Shown here: piece by piece, positions 39,154 through 48,542 of the stretch
Position numbering within the stretch: the first letter of the stretch is position 1
How the letters are laid out: each line of letters opens with the position of its first letter
Origin: Acidimicrobiia bacterium
Lineage (GTDB): Bacteria; Actinomycetota; Acidimicrobiia; Spongiisociales; ZC4RG35
Reading direction: 5' to 3'
Assembly: GCA_965215185.1 (NCBI GenBank)
Contig: OZ244034.1
Coordinates: 1,664,001-1,728,000, forward strand
DNA length: 64,000 nucleotides
Translations under genes and position numbers: made by a program
Notes under the pieces: model-generated
The model's input: only the letters and a program-made list of their open reading frames with translations
Told to the model about the DNA's origin: nothing
Database searches by the model: none

Positions 39154-39825
39154 TCACAGATCGGTGGAACTCCACACTCTTTCGCTGGCGGTTAATGACG
39201 TGGGGGCCGCTCCCCTGACCGCCTGTTGCACCGCCTCCACCACAGCGTCCAAGCGGGGCTTGGACTGCCACCAACCCACCTCGCAGAGCAACAGACCCGG
39301 CCACCCGTCGACCGACCGCCTGGGAACTACCAATTCCTCCGCCACGTCCAACAGAAGAGCGGGCGCCATCGGCAGGAGAATCGGGAAACGTCGGCCACAC
39401 CGGACGGAGGGAACCTGGACTCCCCGGATTTGGCGGATCCGGCGAACCAGATAGTCGGCGCCTCGCTCACAGCGCCGGGCAGCTTCCGCCAGGGACGGAC
39501 CGGACGGGAGCAGCACAGGGGAGGTCGTCCGATGTACCCGGGGGGCGTCCCGGTACGGTGAGCGGTGGGCGCACAGGGGGTCGGACCACCACCACACCTG
39601 CCCCCATTGCCCTCCGGGCGGGAGTCGTTCGTAGGCGCCCAATCGGTTGGGACAGGCCACCAACACCGTCACCTCTCGGGGAGGCGGCTCGCCCCAGACA
39701 GTTACTCCGCCCACCAACGGCAGACGCCGCAATCGCCCCTGTGAGACAAAAGAGAACCGCTCGGGGACATCGGAGGGGACTCCATCGGAGACCCATACCT
39801 CGGGTTGGCGGGACACTGACGACAC
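39154..39825 (-). CDS. Shortened, divergent GcvPA-like protein
   Basis: Directly after gcvT; PNRLGAYERL, GPSLAEAARRCERGADYL and RLDAVVEAV echo GcvPA. Confidence 0.5.
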   Translation of the reverse strand: MSSVSRQPEVWVSDGVPSDVPERFSFVSQGRLRRLPLVGGVTVWGEPPPREVTVLVACPNRLGAYERLPPGGQWGQVWWWSDPLCAHRSPYRDAPRVHRTTSPVLLPSGPSLAEAARRCERGADYLVRRIRQIRGVQVPSVRCGRRFPILLPMAPALLLDVAEELVVPRRSVDGWPGLLLCEVGWWQSKPRLDAVVEAVQQAVRGAAPTSLTASERVWSSTDL

Positions 39826-39832
39826 CCGGAAC

Positions 39833-40882
39833 TCAGTCTGGGCGGTAAAACGCCCTTTCCACCACCTGGGTCGCGACCCAGCGACCGCGAATCTCAACCT
39901 CCACCGGCTGGGAGGCGTCCCAAGGGGTGGAAAGGTACCCCATTGCGATCCCCACCCCCAACATGGGGCTGAAATTGCCACTGGTGACCGCGCCCGTGGA
40001 ACCCTCCGATCTGAGGGCATACCCCTCTCTGGGTATACGGCGGTCACCCATCCGAAAGCAAACGCGTCGCTTGGCAAGGCCTTCTCTTCGCGAACGTTCC
40101 AAGGCGGCGCTGCCCACGAAGTCGCGGTTGAATCTAACCGCCCAGTCCAATCCCGCCTCCAAAGGAGTGGTCTGCTCATCCAAATCGTGACCCCACAACG
40201 GCAACCCGGCCTCCAGTCGGAGAAGGTCACGGGACCCCAAACCGCAGGGCACCGCCCCGTCGTCGGTCAACTGGCGCGCCAAGGCCTCCCCGGTTTGCGG
40301 GTCGGTCACCAACTCCACACCCCGCTCTCCGGTGTAGCCGGTTCCCGCCACCCACACCTCCCGGCCCTGGTAGACCGCGTTCATTACCCGGAAATGGCCG
40401 GGAATGTCTCCCAGTAGAGCCTTCACACGCGACCGGGATTCGGGTCCCTGCACCGCCAGACTGACGGTACCGGGACGCAGATCCAATAGTTTGGCGCGTG
40501 GTTCGGCGGTCCGGAACACTTCCATGACCCGCAGATGATTCACCCCGTTGGGCATGACCATCACTTCTTCGGGCGTCCGCTTCCAAATGATCAAGTCATC
40601 GATGACCCCACCCCGGGAATTGAGGATCAGGGTGTATTGGGCCCGTCCGGGACCGATCCGTTCATGATCGTTGCACAGCAGCTTCGACAGGGCGGAGTCC
40701 CATCCTTCTCCGCTCCAGGAAAAGCGCCCCAGGTGGGAGACGTCAAACCAACCGGTCGACTCCCTAACCGCCCGATGTTCTTTCAGAACCGACGTGTAAG
40801 AAAGGGGCATCTCCCAGCCCCCGAAATCCACAAACCGAGCGCCCAGTTCCTGGTGGAGTTGGTGCATAGGAGAACGTGGCAT
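39833..40882 (-). CDS. gcvT: Glycine cleavage system aminomethyltransferase
   Basis: FGGWEMPLSY, FDVSHLG, GYTGERGVE, RDLLRLEAG. Confidence 0.96.
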   Translation of the reverse strand: MPRSPMHQLHQELGARFVDFGGWEMPLSYTSVLKEHRAVRESTGWFDVSHLGRFSWSGEGWDSALSKLLCNDHERIGPGRAQYTLILNSRGGVIDDLIIWKRTPEEVMVMPNGVNHLRVMEVFRTAEPRAKLLDLRPGTVSLAVQGPESRSRVKALLGDIPGHFRVMNAVYQGREVWVAGTGYTGERGVELVTDPQTGEALARQLTDDGAVPCGLGSRDLLRLEAGLPLWGHDLDEQTTPLEAGLDWAVRFNRDFVGSAALERSRREGLAKRRVCFRMGDRRIPREGYALRSEGSTGAVTSGNFSPMLGVGIAMGYLSTPWDASQPVEVEIRGRWVATQVVERAFYRPD

Positions 40883-40959
40883 GTTCTACTCAGCAGATCT
40901 CAATACGGGTTCGCAAACGGTGACGCCCAACGGACGATATCACCCCACCGGGCGGGTGG

Positions 40960-41445
40960 TCAGACAATCCCCGCCTGCGCGGTGGGAAGACGGTAACCCT
41001 CATCAATCGCGAATGTCCGGGCCAATCGATGAACTTCCCCCGTGATCTCCTCCACCAGCGGACCCAACACCACTCCCATCACAGCCTGACCCTTCTGAAG
41101 AAGATCGATGACTTCCTGGGGATTCTTCAGGGCATAGATCGAGGACCCGTTCGAGACCAGGGTGACCTCCCCGTCCGCCCAATTCCAAGAACTGTTTTTA
41201 AGTGACAACTCCGCAAAAGCCATCCTGATCCGCTTGAGATCCATCCCGGCGTCGAGCAGCCTCTTGATCACCTTGAGTTGCACCAGGTCGACGAAAGAAT
41301 AGAGACGCTGGGTTCCCGATCCCTTGGCTTGCTGAAGGGATGGCACCATGAATCCGGTACGGGCCCAATAATCCAACTGTCGATAGGTGATACCCACCAT
41401 GCGACACACCTGGGGACCACGAAAGCCCTTTTCGACTTCGTTCAC
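40960..41445 (-). CDS. MerR family regulator
   Basis: GITYRQLDYWART...GSGTQRLYSF. Confidence 0.93.
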   Translation of the reverse strand: MNEVEKGFRGPQVCRMVGITYRQLDYWARTGFMVPSLQQAKGSGTQRLYSFVDLVQLKVIKRLLDAGMDLKRIRMAFAELSLKNSSWNWADGEVTLVSNGSSIYALKNPQEVIDLLQKGQAVMGVVLGPLVEEITGEVHRLARTFAIDEGYRLPTAQAGIV

Positions 41446-41539
41446 CTGGTTACTCCTTTGTGATTACAGATTGGTGATTCCACCCAATCGTAACCATAGC
41501 ACCTGTTCCCTCCGCCTCCAACGCTCTCTGGGTGTCAGG

Positions 41540-42088
41540 CTAGGAGTTTGTTTCAGGAGAGGTCGGACCGGGCTGCGGATCGTCGGGACCCGGGGGACTC
41601 CCGGAGGAAAAGTCCTCCGGACTCACAGCTTCCAAGAATCGGCGGAACTCCTCGATCTGCTGCTCGGGTTCCTCAACGGATTTAATCATCACTCCGGCTT
41701 CGTCCAACACATCCCGAGAGGCATACATCGGCGCCTCGGTTCTAACCGCCAAGGCGATGGCGTCCGACGGTCGGCAGGAAACCGTCACCTCTCCCCCATT
41801 GATCAACAGCACCAACTCTGCGTAGAACACGTTGTCGCGAACTTCGGTGACCACCGCACGACCAACCTCGGCGCCCAGAGACTCCACCGCCATTCGCAGC
41901 AGGTCGTGAGTGAGCGGCCGGGGCGGGATCATTTCTTCCAGCGCCGCCACGATCGCAGTGGCTTCCACCGCCCCTATCCAGATGGGAAGGTAGCGATCCC
42001 CCTCAGCTTCTCTCAGCAACACCACCGGAGCGGCGGAGGAAAACCCTACCTGCACACCGTCAATGGCCATGGGAATCTTTTCCGTCAT
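41540..42088 (-). CDS. Bifunctional nuclease (DUF151) family protein
   Basis: LPIWIGAVEA, RPLTHDL, RPSDAIALA. Confidence 0.94.
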   Translation of the reverse strand: MTEKIPMAIDGVQVGFSSAAPVVLLREAEGDRYLPIWIGAVEATAIVAALEEMIPPRPLTHDLLRMAVESLGAEVGRAVVTEVRDNVFYAELVLLINGGEVTVSCRPSDAIALAVRTEAPMYASRDVLDEAGVMIKSVEEPEQQIEEFRRFLEAVSPEDFSSGSPPGPDDPQPGPTSPETNS

Positions 42089-42099
42089 GGTCTGCGATA

Positions 42100-42690
42100 C
42101 TACTCCTCGGCAAAGACCAAACGGTCAAGAATGAGGGGATCCCTTCCGAGGGCGGACGGGTCGAGCACCGCCCAGATCGAGGGGAGTCCCCGGTAGCGGC
42201 CCTCCCAATCAAGGCCATATCCCACCAAGAAGTCATGCCCCACCTCAAAGCCCCGGTACTCGACGGGGACATCCACCAGCCGGCGGACCTTACGATCCAA
42301 TAGCGCCACCGTGGTCACGGAAGCCGGGGACCGCCCGGCCAGCAACTTGTGAATGGCATCCAGGGATAGGCCGGTGTCGACCACACCCATGACGATGATC
42401 ACATCCCGTCCTCCGATGTCGGAGAAAAGGTCCATGGCGATGCTGATATTGGATCCTTCCCGGTAACGGTTGATCATCAGGAATTCAATGTCCATCTCCA
42501 GATCCATTTGCCTGACCAGGTCCGCCAGGAAGAGCACCGATCCGTACATGATCCCCACCATCACCGGTGAGCGATCCCGATAGTGCTCGGTAAGGGTTCT
42601 GCCCAATTCGACCACCCGCCGCTCGATCTCTTCGGAGGTGAACAACTCCGAGACCGCGCCCGGGCCGAACAGGCGTCCAGCATTACTCAT
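42100..42690 (-). CDS. hpt: Hypoxanthine phosphoribosyltransferase-like protein (altered PRPP motif)
   Basis: FLADLVR, VDTGLSL, FLVGYGLD...YRGLP. Confidence 0.85.
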   Translation of the reverse strand: MSNAGRLFGPGAVSELFTSEEIERRVVELGRTLTEHYRDRSPVMVGIMYGSVLFLADLVRQMDLEMDIEFLMINRYREGSNISIAMDLFSDIGGRDVIIVMGVVDTGLSLDAIHKLLAGRSPASVTTVALLDRKVRRLVDVPVEYRGFEVGHDFLVGYGLDWEGRYRGLPSIWAVLDPSALGRDPLILDRLVFAEE

Positions 42691-42813
42691 TGCATCTACC
42701 ATCTTATGCCCCCCATTCTGTGGGTGAAGTGTAGGGCTCTTTCACAAGCCGCGGATCGTACTTGCCGGAGCGCGTCTAGCATCTCAACAGCATGCCGTCG
42801 AATAGCTGCGGAA

Positions 42814-43548
42814 ATGGATGAGTCGGAAAGGGAGAAGGCGGTAGGCACTCCCGCCATCAAAGTCCCCTTCTCGGTTCTCATGCCTGCCTACAACGAAACG
42901 GCCGTGATCGGCCTCACCCTCACCGAGTTATTGGAGTACCTGCCCACTGACGCCGAGGTGGTGGTGGCCGCCGCCGACCGCCGGGACAACGAGCTTGTCA
43001 CCGGAGCGGGAAGCCCCACCGGCAGAAAGGCCTTGGAGTTGCAGGACCTCCGGGTGCGGGTGTGCGAAGGGGGAGGACTCACCGAGGCGGTCCGCAACGC
43101 CGCCCTTGCCGCCCATCACGATCTGGTGGTGGTGATGGACGCCGATGGGCAGCATGATCCGGCCGCGCTGGAGAAGATGGTCTCGGCGCTGGCCGACGGC
43201 TACGATGTGTGCGTGGGGGAACTGGAGCAACGGGGAAAGCAGTGGTACAGGATGGCCCTGACTCATACCGCGATCCTGCTCACCCGGCTGCGGATGCCCC
43301 GTAGAACCAAAGGCCTGCGATTCCCCCAGTCCGGCTATTTCGGTACCCGCCGCCTTATCCTGGCCAGGGCCTTGGAGGGGGTGGAGCCGTATTGTTTCAA
43401 GGTGCTCATCGCCCTGTTGATGTCAAAGCGATTGCGGGCGACCGGGGTCCCCACCGTGATTCGCGACCGGATAGCCGGCGAGTCCAAATTGAACTGGCAT
43501 ACCATCACCTCCGACACCAGGCTGCTGCTGAGAAGGTGCGGACGCTAG
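42814..43548 (+). CDS. GT2 glycosyltransferase (DPM1-like)
   Basis: SVLMPAYNE, VMDADGQHDP, RIAGESKL; start approximate. Confidence 0.88.
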   Translation: MDESEREKAVGTPAIKVPFSVLMPAYNETAVIGLTLTELLEYLPTDAEVVVAAADRRDNELVTGAGSPTGRKALELQDLRVRVCEGGGLTEAVRNAALAAHHDLVVVMDADGQHDPAALEKMVSALADGYDVCVGELEQRGKQWYRMALTHTAILLTRLRMPRRTKGLRFPQSGYFGTRRLILARALEGVEPYCFKVLIALLMSKRLRATGVPTVIRDRIAGESKLNWHTITSDTRLLLRRCGR

Positions 43549-43553
43549 GAAGG

Positions 43554-44648
43554 CTATCCGTCTGCGGAGGAGAAGAGGCGCAGCATCCAGCCCAGGACAT
43601 CGCCCAGCCCTTCCGGGGTTCTACCCACCCGGATCGCCACCAGCTCGCTGGTCACCGAGACTTCCACGGAAACCGTATCCGCAACTGTCTCGGAGGAAAC
43701 GGTGGTGGTGGTCAGGGGAACCGAAGCGGCCAGCACCTGCTCTCGATTCAAACGTAATTGGGTGGATACCAGCCCGGGAATGGCGCCCGAAGACTGGAAT
43801 CCATAGTCCAAAAGGGCCGTGGCGTCCGCGAAATGGTCCGTCGTTTTCATCACCACCAGCAGCAGTCTCTCACCTTGCCGCTCCGCCCCCGCCACCAGTA
43901 CCCGACCGGCATTATCGGTGTATCCGGTCTTTATCCCCAGGGTCCCTTCATAGTCGAAGAGCAGTTGGTTGGTGTTGGAGAAAACCCTTTCCTCGCCTGT
44001 GGGAGCTTCCCGAAGCGCGATCTGTCGAGTGGCCACCGCCTCGGCTAACTCCGGGTGCGTCAACACTTGCCTGGTCAGGATCAGAAGGTCCCGAGCCGTG
44101 GAGTACTGGTCTGGGTGATCAAGGCCGTGGGGATTGGCGTAGGAGGTGCTCTCCATGCCCAATTCTGTCGCCCTTTGATTCATCAAGGTCACAAACTCCC
44201 CCACGCTTCCCCCCACATGTTCGGCTACGGCGTAAGCAGCGTCATTTCCGGAGCGGATCAACAACGCTCTCACCAAAGTTCGTAGCAGAAAGACCTCTCC
44301 TTCCACCAGGCCCACTTCCGATTCCCCCACCGAAACGGCGCCCCCGCTGATCTGCACCGGCGAAGAAAGGTCCCCCAACTCCACCGCCAGAAGGGCGGTC
44401 ATCAATTTGGTGGTGGAAGCCATCGGCCGGGGAAAGTCGGCATTCTCCTCTGCCAATACCACGCCATTGTTGTCGTCGTACAGCAACCATGATTCGGCTG
44501 CGATGTCCGGAGGGTCGGACAACTGGGTCCAGGGAATGGGGGGTGGCTCGACCCAGAGGGGACTGGCCGCCGCGGCGCTGCCGATCGAGACGACCATGAA
44601 CGCCACCAGGCATAAGGCCTTGAGCCCGAGGCGAGCGGTGGTTCTCAG
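43554..44648 (-). CDS. D-alanyl-D-alanine carboxypeptidase (S11)
   Basis: STTK, SGN and KTG motifs; start uncertain (CTG 44648 or GTG 44606). Confidence 0.92.
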   Translation of the reverse strand: MRTTARLGLKALCLVAFMVVSIGSAAAASPLWVEPPPIPWTQLSDPPDIAAESWLLYDDNNGVVLAEENADFPRPMASTTKLMTALLAVELGDLSSPVQISGGAVSVGESEVGLVEGEVFLLRTLVRALLIRSGNDAAYAVAEHVGGSVGEFVTLMNQRATELGMESTSYANPHGLDHPDQYSTARDLLILTRQVLTHPELAEAVATRQIALREAPTGEERVFSNTNQLLFDYEGTLGIKTGYTDNAGRVLVAGAERQGERLLLVVMKTTDHFADATALLDYGFQSSGAIPGLVSTQLRLNREQVLAASVPLTTTTVSSETVADTVSVEVSVTSELVAIRVGRTPEGLGDVLGWMLRLFSSADG

Positions 44649-45328
44649 CGGCGTAGCTCTGCGCGGAGGGAGGCCAACAGTAACGCTCGATGAATGCTCA
44701 CCAGGGCGTCGGCACAGCCCACCAGCATTTCCCGGACATGCTCACCCCCGTCTCCCACCCACTGCACTCTCATCAGCGGCGCTGCCACGGATCGAAAGAC
44801 ATCAACCTCCCGGTCCACCGCCAGACGGATAGCCCGCAGGTGCCGACCCCCCAGGCCCCGGTCCATCAGCAGTTTGGACTCGGCAGCGACCGTTCCCGAT
44901 TCGGGGGGGAAGACATCGTCGTCCCCGGGCAGGGGGACCACCAGGCGATGCGTGATGAGGTCATCCAGTTGATCAGGGGTCAACCCGCTGCGCCGTAGGA
45001 CATCGGAGCGGTTGATCGGCTCGCCCGCTTCTTCCAGGAGGGAGGCTCCCAAACCCTGCGGATCCTGAGGATCGTCTCCCCGCTCCCAGGCTGCCAGCTT
45101 GGTTTTGATCACCTTGAGGGGAAGGAAATGTTCACGCTGCTGTCCCAGGATGTATCGAAGCCGGGCCACATCCGTCCGGTCGAAACGGCGATATCCCCCC
45201 TGGGTACGGCTGGGGAGAATCATCCCCTTCGCCTCCAAGAACCGTATTTTGGAGACGGTTACTTCAGGGAAATCCTTCCGAAGGGCCTTGACTGTCTCCC
45301 CGATCGAGAAGCTCTGCTGCTCAGTCAT
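44645..45328 (-). CDS. MerR family regulator (FtsR-like)
   Basis: DFPEVTVSKIRFLE...GGYRRF...FLPLKVIK. Confidence 0.92.
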   Translation of the reverse strand: MTEQQSFSIGETVKALRKDFPEVTVSKIRFLEAKGMILPSRTQGGYRRFDRTDVARLRYILGQQREHFLPLKVIKTKLAAWERGDDPQDPQGLGASLLEEAGEPINRSDVLRRSGLTPDQLDDLITHRLVVPLPGDDDVFPPESGTVAAESKLLMDRGLGGRHLRAIRLAVDREVDVFRSVAAPLMRVQWVGDGGEHVREMLVGCADALVSIHRALLLASLRAELRR

Positions 45329-45764
45329 TGCCTCGGACTACAACCAGGTGAAATCGTCCCACCATCAGTGTGTCCCCCGGATGCAGGGTGGAAACCTCCA
45401 TTCGCGCCCCGTTTAGATAGGTTCCGTTGGTGGATCCCTCGTCCTCCACCGCCAGTCGGTCACCCTCCACCGTTAGCACACAATGCCAACGGGAGACCGT
45501 GATGTCATCCAAAAGGATTCGACTTTGCAGATGGCGCCCCACTCGGGTTGTGCCTTCCGGCAACGGGTAGGCCCTGCCCGCCTGCGAGCCTCTCTCCACA
45601 AGAAGTCCCCATCCCGAGAATCCCTCCAGTTGGCCCAACGCGTCCTTTCGGAGCGTCGAATACAGATCGCCCGGCCTGAAGATGGCGGTTGGGTCAGTTC
45701 CACGGACATTTCCCGCCATCCCGGCGCTGGCAGGTGGTTCACCGGACAGCATGGGATTGGACAC
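45321..45764 (-). CDS. FHA domain protein (GarA/OdhI-like)
   Basis: GRH, LDDITVSRWH, GSTNGTYLNG; located after gcvH. Confidence 0.92.
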   Translation of the reverse strand: MSNPMLSGEPPASAGMAGNVRGTDPTAIFRPGDLYSTLRKDALGQLEGFSGWGLLVERGSQAGRAYPLPEGTTRVGRHLQSRILLDDITVSRWHCVLTVEGDRLAVEDEGSTNGTYLNGARMEVSTLHPGDTLMVGRFHLVVVRGND

Positions 45765-45822
45765 ACTCTCATTGTAACTGCCAACCTTCAGCCACGAAGG
45801 AGCGGATCAAGGACGGTTGTGT

Positions 45823-46212
45823 CTAGGAGATGAGATCCTGGTAGCCAGCCGCGTCCAAGAGCGTGGAAGGTAAGGAATCGGGTTGGGAGAGGTCCACAAT
45901 CCATCCTTCACCGTAGGGATCCTGGTTGACCAACTCCGGGCGGGTCTCCAGTTCCTCGTTCGCCCCCAGCACCGTTGCGTCAAAAGGTGCGTAAACCTCT
46001 CCCACCGACTTGGTGGACTCCAGTTCGGCGATGATCTCCCCTTCCGATACCTCGTCGCCCACTCGAGGCAATTGGGCGTAGACCACATCGCCCAATGCAT
46101 CCTGTGCATAGTCGGTGATTCCCAAACGAACCTTCCCCTCGGCGGTCAGCATCCACTCGTGTTCGGCGCTGTAGGAGAGATGATCGGGTGTCTCGGTAAG
46201 GTTTTCTGCCAT
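45823..46212 (-). CDS. gcvH: Glycine cleavage system H protein
   Basis: HEW, GITDYAQDALGDVV, lipoyl site ESTKSV, DPYGEGW. Confidence 0.97.
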   Translation of the reverse strand: MAENLTETPDHLSYSAEHEWMLTAEGKVRLGITDYAQDALGDVVYAQLPRVGDEVSEGEIIAELESTKSVGEVYAPFDATVLGANEELETRPELVNQDPYGEGWIVDLSQPDSLPSTLLDAAGYQDLIS

Positions 46213-46276
46213 AGGGACATACCTTATCAGAAACAGAGGTTACGGCGTTATAACTTCAGCCGCCGAATGCGGGATT

Positions 46277-46870
46277 TCACCCCGTAGTTGAACCTCCTCG
46301 CCTGCTAAGAAGATCCAGACCGTCTCGAAAATACCAACCTGCCGACCACCAGTAGAAAACCAACCCCACCACCGCCGTAGCCCAGGCCAGTACCCCAAGC
46401 CAGATCTGTAGGGAATCGGCGACATCGGAGGCAAAGTAGAAGATTGGAATGGCGATATAGAGCAAGGTGATGGCCGCCTTCCCGCTCATACGCACTTCAA
46501 TCGGGTTCTTCGTTCGAAAAAACACCCAGACCGACCAGGCGGACATCAAGGCGAATCTGAATAGGATGAACATCCCGATCCAGATTGGAACCCAGGTCTT
46601 GATCGTTCCCCCTAGCACTGCCGAAGCCATCATCAACGCGTCGCCGATCGGATCGAGGATCGCCCCCAGATCCGTCACCTGATCCAACCGTCGGGCCAAC
46701 CATCCGTCCAGCCAGTCGGTGGTGGCCATCAGTATGAGCAATAACGCCGCCCCGGTCGGGTAGTCGCCGACCACCAACCACCAAAAGACCCCGACCAGGA
46801 CAATCCGGAATAAGGAGATAAGGTTGGGGATAGTCAATACCCTCGAGCGATCAGCGCAGCTCCCGCTCAT
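46277..46870 (-). CDS. CDP-alcohol phosphatidyltransferase
   Basis: TIPNLIS, TDWLDGWLARRLDQVTDLGAILDPIGD. Confidence 0.94.
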   Translation of the reverse strand: MSGSCADRSRVLTIPNLISLFRIVLVGVFWWLVVGDYPTGAALLLILMATTDWLDGWLARRLDQVTDLGAILDPIGDALMMASAVLGGTIKTWVPIWIGMFILFRFALMSAWSVWVFFRTKNPIEVRMSGKAAITLLYIAIPIFYFASDVADSLQIWLGVLAWATAVVGLVFYWWSAGWYFRDGLDLLSRRGGSTTG

Positions 46871-47940
46871 AGTTCTACTACCGAGCAGAACAGTTCCGCC
46901 AGCCGGGCTCGCGGACGCAGATTCACCGTGGACAACTCGGCTCCCGCTCCCAGGATGAGATCGGCTGCACGAAGCGCCCGGGCAGGATCCACTGACAGCA
47001 ATCTCGCCTTTTCACCTAGGGTTCGGGTAGGGCCTCCCAAGGCCCGGGCGGCCGCGTCCACATACCATGCCGCCATGATCTCCAATCCCGCCACCCACAG
47101 CAACCGCCGTTGCCGGCGGGTCTCCCGCTGCGCCTGTTCTCTTTGTTTGCCAATTGCCTTCTTGGTGGGCCGCACCTGATCGAGCATTCGCTCACCATGG
47201 GTCAGGATCTCGTCAACCATGATCAATGCCTCACCCGCTCCCAAATGGTCCCGCTCGGCGAGGCGGGCGGCCTGTTCCAGCCAGGCGGCGCGAAACTCGG
47301 CCGCGGCGGTCTTGCCTGTAAGCCGAAGAGCCATTCCCGGCCGGCCGTTGGCCACCTCCGCTATCACCTCCGCCTCGGCGGGCTGCATACCTCTCTCCAC
47401 CAGCGCCTCCCGCAATTCGCCTGTGTCCACCTTGCGGAAATGAAAGGTTCGACACCGGCTGGCCACGGTTTTGGGAAGATCCTCAGTTGAGGCCGCCACC
47501 AGCACAATGACGGTGGAAGCGGTGGTCTCCTCCAGGGTCTTGAGAAGGACGTTGGCCGCCGCTTCGGTCATTTCCCGGTCGATGATGAATACCTTCCGTG
47601 CGGCCTCCACCGGGGTCCGGGATGCGTGGGCAACTAATGAGCGGGCGTCCCCCACCCCTATCCGCTGGCGTTGTGTGGGGCTCACTAGTACCACGTCGGG
47701 ATGGTGACCTGATCGGGCTCGCCGGCAGGATGAACACTCCCCGATGTGAGCGCCTAGCTGGGGACACACCAGCCGCTCCGCGAAGCGCCGCGCCACCAAG
47801 CTCTTGCCCACCCCCCGTGGCCCCACCAAGAGATAGGCGCCGGCGGGCGTGGCGGCGTCGGCGGTTAGCCACTCCCAATTGGCTCGGTGACCGATGATCC
47901 CCGGAGAATCCTCCGGGGTGGCTAGGAGTTGTCCATCCAT
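46867..47940 (-). CDS. holB: DNA polymerase III subunit delta'
   Basis: GPRGVGK, zinc cysteines, HPDV, AANVLLKTLEE, TVASRC; follows tmk. Confidence 0.92.
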   Translation of the reverse strand: MDGQLLATPEDSPGIIGHRANWEWLTADAATPAGAYLLVGPRGVGKSLVARRFAERLVCPQLGAHIGECSSCRRARSGHHPDVVLVSPTQRQRIGVGDARSLVAHASRTPVEAARKVFIIDREMTEAAANVLLKTLEETTASTVIVLVAASTEDLPKTVASRCRTFHFRKVDTGELREALVERGMQPAEAEVIAEVANGRPGMALRLTGKTAAAEFRAAWLEQAARLAERDHLGAGEALIMVDEILTHGERMLDQVRPTKKAIGKQREQAQRETRRQRRLLWVAGLEIMAAWYVDAAARALGGPTRTLGEKARLLSVDPARALRAADLILGAGAELSTVNLRPRARLAELFCSVVEL

Positions 47941-48542
47941 CCTCGCTCCTCAAGATACGACACCAACAGTGCGGCATTTCCTTCCGGCGGCCGGGCGGCG
48001 TCAATCCTTAGCATCCGTGCCGGGTCGGAGGCCCAAAGCCGCCGATAGCCCTCCCAGACCCGCAGGTGGACGGAAACATCCGAGGCTCCGATCCGGTCCT
48101 GTCCCTCCTGCCGGGAGAGTGCAATCCTTGGGTCGGTCTCCAGCCACACCACCAGATCGGGAAGGGTTCCGCCCAGTGCCGGGGAGTTGATCGACCGAAC
48201 CGGCCCCACCCCCAAGTGGCGGGCACATCCCTGATAAGCCAGGGACGAGTACAGGCACCGGTCGGAAACCACCCACTTTCCGTCGGTGAGAGCGGGCCGG
48301 ACCACCTGAGCCATCAATTCGGACCGCTGGGCGGCGAACAGCAGAGCCTCGGTCCAACCCGCCATGTCTTCACCGTGCAGGAGAACCTCCCGTATTCTGT
48401 CTCCCAGCGGGGTGCCACCAGGTTCCCTGACCCTCACCACTTCTATGCCGCGTTCCTCCAAACGGGAGGCCAGAAGGCCGCACAGGGTGGACTTGCCCAC
48501 TCCCTCCGTACCCTCCAGTGCCAGGTAGCGGGCCTGGCTCAT
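47922..48542 (-). CDS. tmk: Thymidylate kinase
   Basis: EGTEGVGKST, REPGGT, SDRCLYSSLAYQG. Confidence 0.96.
   Translation of the reverse strand: MSQARYLALEGTEGVGKSTLCGLLASRLEERGIEVVRVREPGGTPLGDRIREVLLHGEDMAGWTEALLFAAQRSELMAQVVRPALTDGKWVVSDRCLYSSLAYQGCARHLGVGPVRSINSPALGGTLPDLVVWLETDPRIALSRQEGQDRIGASDVSVHLRVWEGYRRLWASDPARMLRIDAARPPEGNAALLVSYLEERGWMDNS

Noticed and set aside
40883-40960. Glycine riboswitch upstream of gcvT
   Set aside because: The spacer is under 80 nt and lacks the GGAGA and GAAG aptamer motifs.
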